A DNA stretch of 63,541 nt, counting the filler, from Reticulomyxa filosa (Eukaryota > Protista > Foraminifera), in assembly GCA_000512085.1 (NCBI GenBank). It is 15 parts of 15 records of this genome, joined end to end, with 100 filler letters (N's around TTAATTAATTAA, not from the genome) between each part and the next. Parts side by side here need not be neighbours in the genome. Positions count along the whole stretch, not along the records: positions 33,155 to 36,932 come from ASPP01025509.1; positions 37,033 to 40,243 come from ASPP01000313.1; positions 40,344 to 41,884 come from ASPP01020380.1; positions 41,985 to 58,434 come from ASPP01010817.1; 11 more parts are not named here. One strand, 5' to 3'. Under the pieces are notes generated by a model. That model saw only the letters and a program-made list of their open reading frames with translations, was not told the origin of the DNA and made no database searches. Within the stretch, counting starts at the first letter, position 1, and each line of letters begins with the position of its first letter. Positions 33,055-47,200 of this stretch are shown piece after piece. A program made the position numbers and the translations under genes.

Positions 33055-36000
33055 NNNNNNNNNNNNNNNNNNNNNNNNNNNNNNNNNNNNNNNNNNNNTT
33101 AATTAATTAANNNNNNNNNNNNNNNNNNNNNNNNNNNNNNNNNNNNNNNNNNNNATATATTTACCTTTTCATGTGCACAACCTTGTGATGCAAGGTTCGT
33201 TATCTGCTCCTCCAATTCAACAATTTGGCCGCATTGTTTCTATATTAATGTTTCATACGTATTCCTATGCCCAAGTCACAACAACCGAAAAATTTATCAT
33301 TGCAACAACAATAAAAAAAATAAAGTTAACTTTGTAATGCCACATGATATCGCCGACGTTTTGAACTGTATAGTAACTTGGAATCATTCACATAATGATA
33401 GATTTGGCAATGTGTTGATTAGCAGCAATGTTTGGATAAATAGTAGTAATTCTTGGAGGAGCAATGGCACCGTGTGTAGATAGTGGTCGCATTTGTAATG
33501 ATAGCGTGTATGTCCATGAGTATATATATTGCATTGTAAGTGTAATTGAAGGTCAACACCTTTGCTGAAGGAGCACTTATTTGCACAAAAGGTGGTGGGC
33601 ATCACGACTGACTTGTCCGTCAGATGCGTTATGCTCCAACCATCCCATTTGCGCCAATAGCGCTTCAATCATTCAAAGGCATGAGCCTAGTAATTGAGCA
33701 ATAACGACGCTTTCAATCACACTTTGTGCCAGCAATTGCAGCCGGTTGGCAATGTGTTAAAGCCAGCATCGTCGTTTGCACTGCCCCACTTACAAATTGC
33801 GTCGCATAATCGAACAACTTTTTTCCGCGCTATCGTCAGATCTATAATTTTTTGTTTTGTTGTTTGTTTGTTTTTTAAAAAAAAAGAAAAAAAACTTAAC
33901 ATTGCAGAATTGCCGGCAAAGTTGTTGATATGACGTTGGACTGTACACTCATTTGAAATTGAATAGCATTTGAATTGGATATCGAAATGCCGGAAAGGTA
34001 AATTTGCCATTGGTGTTGATGCGGGTCGGCATTACGTATAGAATAACTGATCGCACATGACGTATTCAATACTATACTTGATTCCAATTGTTGACGCAAC
34101 ATGTACCCATCATTTGATAGTGGCATTCTTGTCATTACTTCGATTCTGCCATCTGACAATGTAATTCTGTTTTTTTAAAAAAATTTCCAGAAATTAAATC
34201 TATCATATATGCAATCCTTTCTCCACCTTGATATCTTTGCTACAAGTAAACCTCCCCTTTTTTTTCATGGACATTATTTTTTTTTTTTGATCTTTATATC
34301 ACTATTATTTACCTGTATGACACGGATTTGAATGTTAATTTGTAAAAAGTCGACGAGATAACCAAAGTTGATTGTGGGATATCCATGGACTGCGTTTTGA
34401 TACATAAGTTCTTGGACATTTTTATATTGGTCAGCAGCGTGCTAGGGGGAAAACGTATACTTTCGTTTTCTAATACCATCGACCCCTTGTTGAAAATGTG
34501 CACATCTGATAAAATTGTCAATTTGTAGACTTGTGCACAGTGCAAATATTTCCACGTCTTCGATGCCCACAAGTTTTTGATACAGTAATTTGATAATGTG
34601 TTCCATATTGTTGCAAATATGATCATATTGTTGTGATAATTCGAGTGTGTTTGTACGTTCGTCAAGTCCTTGCTTAAATTGAATATCACATTAGTTGCAC
34701 TTGACACCACTAAGAATGCATTTAATACATGCAATGCCATCAACACCAACGTCGCTTTCATGCTGCCACAAAATACTAAAGTTCTTCACTCAATATTTTC
34801 TCCTCCGTTTGCCCCCTCTCCACTACTACTGGATACAATCAAACGAAATGACATCAAATAAGCAATAAAGCCACTTTAAGAGGAAAACAAAAAAAATTTT
34901 GTGGCAAATGATTTACAGAAATGCCGAGTCAATTAGGAAAATGAAATTTGTTGTATTTTGTTTCATGTACATTTCACCTTAGCTCAATACAGAAAAAGAG
35001 TTGGTGTTTTCCTCATTTCAAATTTCTTTTCAAATTAGTCACAGCCTGCTCACATAAAAGGCTAGCAGATAAAAAAAATCTCCCAATCAAAAAAACAACA
35101 AAAAAAAATGTTATAAAAAAAATAGGACCATAATAATTTTAAACAAAAGCAAGAACAAGTGTTTCGTAGCCACTGAATACGCGAAAAATACTCCATATTT
35201 CATACCTCTAAGTACTTGTAAATGCACTTGTTCTCTTTATATGTGTTCCAGAAGGACTGCCATTTGAGATTGCTGTTTTGTAAAGGCAGAGAGATTAATC
35301 GACGAAGTGAATGTAATGTGCAGCTGAGTCACAATGAGTGGGTCCATATGTGCGCAGCAAGGAAACGAGGAGGTTGTTTGCCAAATGAATCGATTCATTC
35401 GAATACACTCACGTCTCAGTCCGCCCTGTATGTTAAAAAAAAAAAAACATTTGTGGATACATCGAGTTGTTTGTTAAGTGACAATATTGCGTATGCATTA
35501 AAGAGAAAGTTATTCCAAGGACGGACTTGATACAAACTCTTCAACAATGGACATGGTGTGTATGCTACCATGGAGTCGCCGATATTCATTTCCGTTAATG
35601 CCAAATTGTTCCATTCGCTCAGAATCGCTCATGGTGATGTCTGCTTGCTTGTTGATAGCTTTAATGATTTGGAAAGAAAGGTGTTTCCATTGTCATTTGC
35701 GCGAGAAGATCCAACGTTCATGAATTGACAGTATAGACAATGTCCTTAAAACGTGCTTGCATCCATGTATTGTATGAATGAATAGAAAGTATTCAATGAT
35801 CTAGTTTTTTTTTAATTTTAGTACGCATTGAAATTTAGCACTTATTTAAATTGTGTAAAAACTTCAAACAATTTTTTTTATTATAAAATAACGCCTTAAA
35901 AAAAGGATTATAAAATTTACTTTAGAAATAGTGTATTTACTTTATTCTGAAAATATCAACAAAAATGTTTCTAAAAAGGACCTAGTTCCTTTTATTTTAT

Positions 36001-37032
36001 GTTCTTACTTAGAAGAGAGGCTATAATTTTTAATATGAAAGTGAAATAATCGAATTTACATGTATACTGTCTAATAAGGCATCAAGAAGACTTTTTTAAA
36101 AAACAAGCTAAGAAAATACGCAGTCTTTTGTAATCCTCTGCGAAGAGATAATTAAATGCAGAAATTGTTATTTATGTCGGTCATTATCACAATCTCCTGG
36201 TGTCCAGCACGGTCTTTGTAATGTATCTTCTGTCCAGTTCAGACCTTCTACCGTTGTATCTAATAAAAATCTCCCTTTTTTTGGTCTACTTATCGTTACA
36301 TATGCACATACATGAAATGAGTGAAGAATTTAACAATGTGCTGGTCATCAAGTGTTCGAAAAAGTAAACAAGCATAAAACGAGTATCTTATTCTCTATTA
36401 TTTCAAATATGCTTTCCAATAGTAAATATATGAATAGCGTGATCTGTATACAAAATGAACAAATATAATCCATAAACTCAGTTGGTAGTTTTTTCCATTG
36501 AATTCATCATATTATTTTGTTTAATATGATCTGTCTTTGCATGGTGAACCATATTTGAAAAATTGTACTTTTATGAGCATTCATTATACTTTGATTGTTA
36601 CTCTTTTCTTTATTAATGAGAGTATTGTAATTAGTTTTATTAAATATAAAACTTTTGCATGACAAGAGAACGTGTGAGATAAAGTCCCAGTGAACCACAA
36701 TCATTTTTCTTGACTTGTGGTCCAATGTTGGTTGTCACCTTTCAGTTGTTTTTTTTTTCCAAAATCTTTGAGCTCCAAGTCTATGCTGTGTTTGATGCCA
36801 TTGTCATTATTCTCATATGGAAGTGGTTCATTCTTATGCACGCTTTTATACTTTTTTTTCATATGCGTGCATGTTTTCTTCTTTTTTTACAACTTTTGTT
36901 TTTCAAATAGATACATCCATGCAAAATCGCATNNNNNNNNNNNNNNNNNNNNNNNNNNNNNNNNNNNNNNNNNNNNTTAATTAATTAANNNNNNNNNNNN
37001 NNNNNNNNNNNNNNNNNNNNNNNNNNNNNNNN

Positions 37033-37764
37033 CCACCAATCACACCAATATTATTCACTTTATTATCATTGTTATTGTGGCCTTGTAATGTTGAAATATC
37101 AACACACCAAACACCATATTGATGTCCATTGAAAACATGTAATGATTTTGATGTTTCAACATCCCATAAACGAATTGTTTTGTCAAGTGATCCAGAACAC
37201 AAATATCTACCACCATTAAATGGTGAAAATCCAATACCACAAATGCCCTGTGTGTCCATTGAATATTTGTAATTGTTTATTATGTTTGAAATCCCAAAAA
37301 CGAATGGTTTCGTCACTTGATGAAGAACAAATGCTATTTTGACGATGATTACGATAATGATATTGTGAAAATTTCACACAACTTACATAACCTGAATGTC
37401 CATCGAATGATTGAATTTGTTTGTTGTTATCAACATCATATACACGAACTGTTTGATCATATGATCCAGAACAAATGAGTTGACAATCATCAAATGTTAA
37501 ATAATCAATGCTATACACTGTACTAGTATGTCCAATGAATGTATTGATTAATTTGGATGATGAACGAAATGTGTCAAACATGAAGACAGTAGATGCCTAT
37601 GTTAAATAAATATTGGAATATGTTGATTTGTATTTAAAAAAAAGAAGAAAAAATGAACTAACATAATTGACAACAAGTTTGTCCAAATCCTGGATCCATC
37701 CTAATCGAACGTTTAATGTTCTAGTCCAATATTTAATAATTACTTTGATTTCGTCTTCTAACAT
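37033..37764 (-). CDS. WD40-repeat protein with N-terminal LGWI module; frameshifted near 37250, 3'-truncated
   Basis: Exon EDEIKVIIKYWTRTLNVRLGWIQDLDKLVVNY, intron 37597-37662, then ASTVFMFDTFRSSSKLINTFIGHTSTVYSIDY..SGSYDQTVRVYD..SSSSDETIRFWD..SGSLDKTIRLWD. Confidence 0.88.
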
Positions 37765-38879
37765 ATTTATCTGAAATTATAATCAGTCAAGTCTTAAAAG
37801 TAACTCTTTCTGAAGGATAGGTTAAAATGAAATGTACCGGTGATTGTTGTGTTATAGTACTTTTTTACTGATAGAATTTCTCATTTGCTTTGTCTTAGAT
37901 GATGTTAGATGTAACATTTAAACTTGGAACTTTTTTCTATCCTAAAGGGGCTTGTCAAACTGCTTTGATGATAGCAGATAAAATTTTTTTCTACGCCGTA
38001 TAAATTTTTTTTAGTGTTAAAATGAAGAAACAAGCCACCGAAAACTGAAGTCAATTTTTTGGAATGAGAATAAACATATTTCTATTTTTTGTATTGTATA
38101 GAAAACATCATTTTACACAACTAGTGTAGTAAATTATAAATTTAGAAAGCCAAAGAAAGTACTTTGTTTATCACATTACACATTTTTTCTGTACTTTGTT
38201 GACTTTCTCATTCTTTTTTTTGTTTTGTTTACCTATTAATGCACTACTTCTCCAAAATAGCTACGTGTTGATAGATGTTTTAGGTCATCGAAAGAACGAT
38301 TATTCTCAAATAAATTACAGTATAATTTTAAGACAGCCAAAAATTAGAATTGAATTGCTATTTTCTCTAAACGCAGTCAAACAAAAGATCGAAAGTCACT
38401 AATTATTAAACATTCAGTGCTCGTCAGGCAAATTAGTGCTTCATCCATTAATGTTTTATCTTAACTTTTAAATATTTTTGCAATCTCTGAAGAAAATATT
38501 TTATTTAAATTTTTAATTTTTTTATTAAGTTGTCAATTATGTTATCAATTACAATCAAAAAATTTAAATATTTTCATGCTTGATTTGTTTTTTTCACAAT
38601 CCAAATTATCCAATGTACTTGATTTGTAATAAAGTGTAGAACATTAAATGTATTTTTGAATTCTCTAGAATGCATGTTATTTAAAAAAGAATTTATCTTG
38701 GCAATTTGCTATGTCATTTCTAAGTATATGACTTGATCAATCAAACCTCTTTGTGATTGGGTTTGTGATTTGTTTAATGACGTAAAATAATTCTTTCTAA
38801 AGTATTCTATAATTTACTTCGCACGTAAAGTATGCAAATTTTCTTTGTTCAAACACACTTTTTTAGATTTTTATGAATT

Positions 38880-39334
38880 TTTGTAAATATATCAGTGCTT
38901 CCAATATATTCATCAATAGTTTTGTCAGCCAATCTATTTATTACTATGTTTTCCGTATTAAATCTCAATTGAATATCCCCAATGAAATTTTGCAATTATA
39001 TTTCATTTTTTTTAACATTTTGCTTTGAATCAACTATCAATTTACTCCATTTTTGTATTTAATTTATTAATTTCATTTTCATTATTATCATTACAACTAC
39101 TTTTACATGTCATAATCAATGTGTAATAGTTAATTTTACTATCACCACCAAAGATAATGAAATTTTTTTTCCAAATTTTACTACGCAATGTCCAAATAAT
39201 TTAATAAACTTATATTTATTTTTGCGTGTATGACATAAACAATAACGCCCTTCAAGAGAACATCCACAAATGATCAATTCGTCTTGATAAGGCACTGTCT
39301 GTGACTGGAACAGTGTCAAAGGTAAATCTTTCAA
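38880..39334 (-). pseudogene. Heavily decayed Kelch-repeat gene
   Basis: LKDLPLTLFQSQTVPYQDELIICG..YCLCHTRKNKYKFIKLFGHCVVKF is a degenerate copy of the Kelch N-terminus at 1373. Confidence 0.65.
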
Positions 39335-39776
39335 TGAATATCAGTTGATTATAAACAAATGACTTAAACATTTTTTTCTTTTTCTGTTATTTCCAACAAA
39401 AGCACACTTTTTATTGCTTGAATATAGTCCTGTTTTTGGCTGTTTTTACTATTAACGAGGACTCTTTTCTTAGAAGAGGAAGATATTAATTGAATCTTTA
39501 GACAAAAAAGTTTATTGTAAAAATTTTTTAACTGCTGCTTGCAAATGCAAACATGTTGCAAGCGGTAATGATGATTGACTTTTATGAGTTTGGATTTGTC
39601 TTTGAACAGAAAAATCTTCTATTTTTGCATAAAAAAAAAGGGAATTATTCTCCATTTAATTATCCATTCAATAAAAACAAAGTCTGTTCAAAAAAAACAA
39701 ACAAATGAAAAAACTCAAAAAATGAATTAAAAAATTTATTTGTTATTTCATATAATTTGAAAATAATTATAATCAT

Positions 39777-40243
39777 TCAAAATTTAATGTATTTAAAAAC
39801 GATTTGATCAAAATCTTTGATCCATCCTAATTTTATCTTTAAAATTCGAACCCAATGTTCAATAATAAATCTTATTTCTTTTTTTGGCTATTCATCAACA
39901 TAATTTATTTGTGTTTCATCAAAATAAATCATAAATCAACAAACCATTACCAACTCCCATACACGCACTTTCGTTTTCATATGGGTTGATAAAACTGTAT
40001 TGTTATCATCTCTTCCTCCAATAATGTGTATATCATTTTCTTCTTTATTCAATATTGCAACACAATCATATAATGGACTGGGTAAAGTGTTTTGAAATGT
40101 CATCCATTTGTTTTCTCGAATTGAATACTTGTGCACTGATTTTGAAACTCCATTACCATTTCCACCAAAGAACAAGATAACATCATCGATACATACATAT
40201 GCATATGATTGGAATGGTTTGATATCATGACAAACAGGTAGTT
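39777..40243 (-). CDS. Kelch-repeat protein, 3' part, with C-terminal LGWI module
   Basis: YAYVCIDDVILFFGG..SKSVHKYSIRENKWMTFQNTLPSPLYDCVAIL..IHIIGG..STHMKTKV, intron, last exon 39777-39887 PKKEIRFIIEHWVRILKIKLGWIKDFDQIVFKYIKF*. Confidence 0.88.
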
Positions 40244-41539
40244 NNNNNNNNNNNNNNNNNNNNNNNNNNNNNNNNNNNNNNNNNNNNTTAATTAATTAAN
40301 NNNNNNNNNNNNNNNNNNNNNNNNNNNNNNNNNNNNNNNNNNNTTTTGCTGGAACCAAGAGAATGTTATGCTTATTCGTTTTTTCATTTTTTTTTGATTG
40401 ATACATATAGAAACGAAATGAACTTACATATCATATGCCATCATCTTGTGTACATATCACCATCCACATGTTAATCTTTTCACTGTAATGGTTTTATCAT
40501 GCAAAAACTTAGATTGAAATTTGATAATTGGAATACTACAACTTCTTTTAAACTTATTAACGCACTTAAACGTTTTCAGACCAAGGAACGATAATATTTT
40601 TGCTGTTACAAAGCAAAAAATGTTAATTCAATTGCTTCACGTCTCACAAACAACATTTGCTGCAACCCAGAGCACATTTGAACATTTTTTTTCAAAAATA
40701 TTTTAAAATGTCAACAACTTTCTTTCATTTTTATTCGCATTTAGAAGAAACAAAACGTGTTGCGCGAAGTAAGACAGTAAAAAAGTCGAAAAATCGCCAC
40801 TTTTTAAAAAGCATCTTATGTAAAAAAACCTCGGTCAGCAACGTGATTTTTAAAGATAGGTAGCTCTTTACACCTTCTTTGTTGAAGAAGTAGTGAAGAA
40901 CGAAGTTTCAAATTGTGCTCTTATTCAATACTGAGATATTTACAAATATTTGTTCATAGTTCGATTATTTTCAATATATTTTCAAAACAAATTACTGTCT
41001 TCATTAACCAGCTGATTTGCTAAGCTCATACAAAAAGTGTGTTCATGTAATGCCAAATGAAAACTTATCACTTTGTTGTCATGATTCAAACGCATTCTTC
41101 CATTATGTAATTGAAATATTTATATAGAGTTTTGATTCCTTTAAATACTTTGGATTAAGTTGAATATTATATTGTTAAATAACTTAACATTTTTAGAAAT
41201 CATTTCATCAAAGTCATAAATTCGTCATTTTTAATAATATTCTTACGTTGTTGATGTCCCATCTGCAATGATTTAATATTAATTTGAATAAAGTTTTATA
41301 AGACCACAAAAATATAATTTAATTCTTTTCAAAGTGCAATTTTCATTTATGCTTTTCAGTTCTTTAAAAAACATTGAATGAAGCTTTTTCAATTTTTTTT
41401 GAACAACAAAGTAAGATAGAACACATCCTTCAATGCTTGCATTCAATTAAATTAAACAAGTTTAATATCAACTTAATATTCTTTTAATCAAACTTTTCAA
41501 ACAAAAACACTTTCATTTCTTGTTCAGCAAAAAAGTAAA

Positions 41540-41884
41540 TTATCCCCAAATATGAATGGGACCATTGTGTGAACCATAACACAAATTCAAATCATATGTC
41601 TTATTTTTCTTTTTCAATCCAATAAATTTAAGACAATATATTCCATAATCTTCGATCTTGTCTCCTTTGATCATATATAATTGACTCTTATTTGATCGAA
41701 TATCCCAAAATCGAATTGTATTATCAACTGATCCAGAACATATCACATTTGAATTGCCGATACTGTCATTTATTGCAAATGGTGAATATTCAACAGACCA
41801 TACATAATTTGTATGTCCATTGAACACTTGGATTTGTTGGCCAGATCGAATATCCCACAAACGAACACTGAAATCATCTGATCC
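41540..41884 (-). CDS. WD40-repeat protein, 3' part
   Basis: SDDFSVRLWDIRSGQQIQVFNGHTNYVWSVEYSP..CSGSVDNTIRFWDIRS..LCYGSHNGPIHIWG*. Confidence 0.92.
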   Translation of the reverse strand, partial: GSDDFSVRLWDIRSGQQIQVFNGHTNYVWSVEYSPFAINDSIGNSNVICSGSVDNTIRFWDIRSNKSQLYMIKGDKIEDYGIYCLKFIGLKKKNKTYDLNLCYGSHNGPIHIWG

Positions 41885-41985
41885 NNNNNNNNNNNNNNNN
41901 NNNNNNNNNNNNNNNNNNNNNNNNNNNNTTAATTAATTAANNNNNNNNNNNNNNNNNNNNNNNNNNNNNNNNNNNNNNNNNNNNC

Positions 41986-42018
<33 letters not shown>

Positions 42019-42029
42019 GATTGAATAGC

Positions 42030-44159
42030 CCTGGCATTCGGAGAACCATTTCTTCCAACGTCCATAACTGTTTGCGGCAATTGCGCCGCTATTGATCGCA
42101 AGACGTGCAACACCACTCTTGGCCTATGCGTGGGTTGTCCAAGTCCCAATTGGGAGGCTTGCAATGTTTCGTTTCTTTGTCCGCCTTTGCAACACAACAA
42201 AAACAATATAATAATAAATATATATATAAACATATATGTATATACATATATACATATATTTATTTATTTATTATTGTTGTTGTTATAAACAGTATGCCAA
42301 AGAGCCCAGTTGCATGACCAAAGCACCCTTGGCCACTTGTACAAACGGCCTAACCCCAACTTGGGCTCCGACATCTCTGCCGACAAAAATGCCTACGACC
42401 AAAGTGCCGACCAAAGTACCGACCAAACGTCCGACCAAGCGTCCCACCAAGCGTCCTACCAAACGACCGACCACCAAACAGCCATCGAAATCGCCGACGC
42501 GAATACCCACAAAGGTTCCAACGAAGCCACCAACTGCAATGCCAACCAAATTGCCAACTAAAATTCCGAGCGTGTCTCCCACGCTATGGCCGACCAAAAT
42601 TCCGACCGTGCCTCCCACGCTGCGGCCGACCAAAATTCCGACCGTACCTCCAACGCTGCGGCCGACCAAAATTCCGACGTTGAACCCCACCCTGTTTGTC
42701 ATCAACTTTCCAACAGCTCATCCCGTTGCCAGCACTACTAAAGGCCCCACGCAATCTCCCTCGACAAGCCAAGCCGGTGCTGTTGGCTGCATCCCGTCGA
42801 CGAGACAAAGCCCAGCGACTTGGTTGCCTCTCTCCATCACCACACCGGGAACCATTGTTGGCATCGAACTCCATCGGACTTCGGGTTCTTTCGACGTGGA
42901 CCAACAGCCGGCTTTTTGGGGCACCAAACGAACAGACCAAGATTTGTTTGGCATTTTTGTTACGGATAGTAATGACAATGTTTTATATCCAACGAAGTTT
43001 GTCAATTGTTTCATTTATACATATATATACATATATGTATATGTACATATATGTATATATATACATATACACATATATATTTGTCTAAGATTTGATAAAA
43101 CAAAAATAAAATCTGCAATGCATGTGAATGCCCTCCTTTAGCAATACATTGCATTATTATCCTTTTTCACAAGAGTGGTACAGATTGTACCAACAAGACA
43201 CCAACGAATCTGTGTTGCAATTGGAGCAGCCTGCAATCAGCGTTTCTCAAGTACCAACGTTTTGGAAGCTTTATTTAGGGGAAGTGTTGTTCAACATCAA
43301 TGTAACTGGAAACAAAGGATCCACTTGTGTGAAGGCGTATCTCATGTACCAACAACAACAAGGACAAGTATCACTGATCGGACCACGCAGTATCAGTTAT
43401 TGTGTACTTTTTTTTTTTTTTTTCCATTACATATCACTCAAAAAAAATGGAGAAGGTAGGAGAAATGTAAAGTGAAATGCAAATGAACGTATATCTATTT
43501 ACACTGTGCGTCTTACAGCACGAAAAGAAGGACCGAAATGGAGTCCTTTGAGTCAGATATGTATACCCGGCAAGAAGGGAATGGATTCAAGCATATTTCC
43601 GCATGGCTTCAACGTGTCGTCCATCGGAGGATTTGCAGAAATTATCATGCCCGTCAATGAATGGATTTATGGATTGCGTTTTGTCTATCATTCAGGACCC
43701 GGCATCAGCGAGCATAATGTGTCTTGCAATTGGGGCTCGAGTATCAGTCATTCCTTTGGAATTGATGTCATCGATCCTTTTGAAAATATCATTGTCTTTC
43801 CAAATCCGTTAATTTATACATACGTATACACATATACACATACATACGTGTATATACGTATGTGTGTAGTAATATAAAAATTCAAAGCTTATATTTCAAA
43901 TATAACACACATATAAAGACGTACAATTGGATATTCTCCTTGCGATAAACAAACATTTGCCAATTATTGTATAAAGGATGCAGATCCGTGCGCAAGTCAG
44001 CTCACCCTCACACAACTTGTGAGTCCAATCTACTTTGACAAAGAGCATCTATTGCAAGTTTATTTCAGTAGCGTATTTAACGAAGACCTCACATCCACAC
44101 GTAACGTATTCGGATACACTTGTGCACGAGTTGAGGTTTTGTCATCCTCCAAGCAATGA
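42030..44159 (+). CDS. Mucin-like (PT-repeat) extracellular protein with Cys-rich segment and two tandem C-terminal beta-rich domains; multi-exon, 5'-partial
   Basis: PTKR/PTKI/PTVP tetrapeptide repeats at 42355-42700, TA-rich introns, and two related domains ending GSTCVKAYLMY and GYTCARVEVLSSSKQ* (TGA 44157-44159). Confidence 0.75.
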
Positions 44160-44202
44160 TATACTTTTCGTTCCCTTCTTCAAGCGGTGCAGGTTTTCCA
44201 CA

Positions 44203-44235
<33 letters not shown>

Positions 44236-47200
44236 GCTTTGTTTTCTTTTATTTATTTTTTTTTTTTTGGTTCAAAAAATGTCGTTTGGGTGATTACAAA
44301 AAAAAAAAAACCAAAAAATAATTTTAGGTGTTTTGTGTTTATTATCTCTTTTATCGTGTTGAACATGCGTGTTTTCTGTGTTTTTTTTGCCAAAAGGAAA
44401 AAAAAAGAAAGAAAGAAAAACAACAAAAGAAAATGTTTCATTCCGGTCGTTTTTTTGTTGCTTTTTTGACCTGTGTATTTTTTTCCTTTTTTTCCTTCAG
44501 CATTTGGCGGCTGTCTTTGTTTGTGTCATCTTTTTTCTCCCCAAAATAAGATTTATGCTGTGTCAAAGAGTCCTTTCATTTTGATGCTCCAGTTGAAATA
44601 CAGTTTTAAGGCAAACTTTTTTGCTATGACTTATGGTAATGTGAGTTCGGTTGTTGTATTTCAATTGGCACTCAAAAAAAAACTGTTTGCTTTCTTTTAG
44701 ATTCTCCGCTCTTGCTTTCTTTTGTTAAAGATATGCTTTTGTTTTAATAAAGAAAGTGGCCACATATACTTCTTCCATGATGACTGATGTAACAAAAAAT
44801 GTTTTGAAATTATATTCACAATAAATATATCGATTGAACAATGAAAGGCAAAAGTATCAAAATAATACAAATTTTCCCAATGTTTCAATTGAAGACAATA
44901 AATGTCAACATACAAAAGTGAATGCCTTCTGATCTCCGGAAAAGGAGGAACAAACAGAAACCAAAAAAGGATCACCAACCAGAGAAACAATTTTCTGTAG
45001 AACAAACAAAAAGCATCGAATAAATTATGAAACGATTTGTCTTTACTGGAAGCAATATGCTGGAAAGAAATGGAATTAAAGCTGTGAGTATGCGCGAAAT
45101 ACCGGTGTCGCTTAGTGAAACAGGCAAGCCCAAAAGTATATTTCGCGTCTTTTGTAAGCTTAGATATCGGATGTCAGTTCTGGCGAATTTTAGAGGATTT
45201 GGCAAGTTTTATGCGCTATTGCCAACAAAAGTACGATTCTTTCATCTATTGAGACACATGTTTTTTGTAAGGAAGTTGACCAAATATTGCTTTTTTGACA
45301 TTTCATACATCATTGGAGTAGATTGGGCCAATATAAATTGAGCTGCAGCTATTGTCGTTCGATTATTGCAAAAATGGCATGCTTTGTGCAAATGGTAAGA
45401 AAATGTTGCGAATGGCCGGATGTCAGCGAAAGAGAATTCTCTTGTTTGTTCGAGGCCATACTTGTTATAGACTATATCAATAATGAAGTTTTGTTTGCAT
45501 TCTTTTGCATTTGGTCTTTGCATTTCAATGATGTGTAAATCGTTTGATGTTCCAAAACTTCGGTTTCTGAAGACAACATCTTTATACTGATTTTGTTTAA
45601 ATTTGTTGTTTTTCCTTGTAAGTTGATTATTTCTTGAACAAGAAAATGTGATGACTTGCACTTACGAATAGGCTTAGCAAATGCAAATGGCAAGTGATGA
45701 GTGATTGCAGAAACGAAGATATTTCCATTTGCTTGACATCAAGCGTAACAATGCTGTGTTGTGAATCAAGTGTTGTGAGCTTGATTGAAAATTTCATTGA
45801 CTGACTAGTTTTGAGGATTTCAAAATCCGAACAGCAAAATTTCGCGGTTGTGTTTAATGCGAAGTATTACTAGTTGCGAATATCTATTGTAAAGTAAAAT
45901 TTAAAAAAATACTGGAAGTAATAATGCCGAAATCAAGTGATGTTGGAAATGTAACCAAACAGCGATTAGGCTTGTATTGTCAGTTTTTACCAAATAACTA
46001 CAAGAAGCAAAATTCGGTATTTGCTCTTAATAACCAGTTATTGGAGCTTTCATTTCCAATGATATCCAACGAAATGCTTGTTTTAATAGTGTTGGTATTT
46101 CTCGTTCAAAAATTTATTGTTATAAGATTTTGACTAATTTGAATAAATTATTTGACTAAAAAAGCATCGGTTGGAACAAATTAGTCAATTATTTAGAAAA
46201 AGTGAATTTACATATCTAATGTAAATGCTTTGATATTGTCGTATCGATTTACAAACAACATTGTAAATTTGTTAACGATAAAACCATAATATATAAAATA
46301 TTCATTTATAATTACTGCTATATAATAAAAAAATTCAAATTATACAATTAAATGTAAGAAATAACTAGGAAAAAAATAAGTTATAAATAAACAAATGCAA
46401 ATACTCATTTAAAACCAAAATGAAATATCAACAAATACACAACGAAAATATTAAAAATGAAAATTAAAGTTAATATTTACTATTGAAAGTAATACTAAAT
46501 TAAAAAAATATTAATACAAATATATTTAAAGTAAATTACAAATTTGTTGATATTATTCAAATAAATATTATAATTAACAGTATTTATTTTATATATAGTA
46601 AATACTATAGTTTGCAAAAAAACATTACACAAAAAAAATTATGCTTTTTTAGTATTTGATTTGTATATCTTTATTGAAAGTAGCTAAAGTAAAAATAATT
46701 TTGTAGATAATAGAATAAATTAGATAATATCTTTAATCTATGTTGTAATATCTTATCTCTTGTACTTATTTGAAAAATTCAACGTTAAAAAAAAAACTAC
46801 CTTACTAACAAAAAAAGTTTAAAATTAATTATACTGACAATATTAAAGTATTTAACGCAAAATAAACACAAGAAAGTAAAAATCATTGTGATGAAGTAGA
46901 TTGATTAGCTTACAAAGTGGATAGCTTTTGCAAATGCTTTTGTAGGGAAAGTATATGCAAAAAGTGTAAAAACACTTCAATGTTGGAGTGATAATTGTCC
47001 AAAATTGGAAAAAAGCATTCACACAAATGTAGGACGTCAGCTGGAAGAGGTGTACTAAATGTAATACGAAAATGGTTTTGCTCAAGAAACCAATGTTCGA
47101 TAAAACAAAAGTAAATTAAATAAAAGAAAGATGAATAACGCAACCAAAGAAGAAAACAAAGCAAAAGAGTAAGTGAAGTTGGTTGAGGAGTTTTAGCCCA

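Noticed and set aside
33155-35730. Fragmentary ORFs as a multi-exon gene
   Set aside because: Coding-like composition but multiple stops and no identifiable domain.
44209-45693. Phe/Lys-rich and short overlapping ORFs
   Set aside because: Mostly products of T/A homopolymer-rich sequence; no supportable product.
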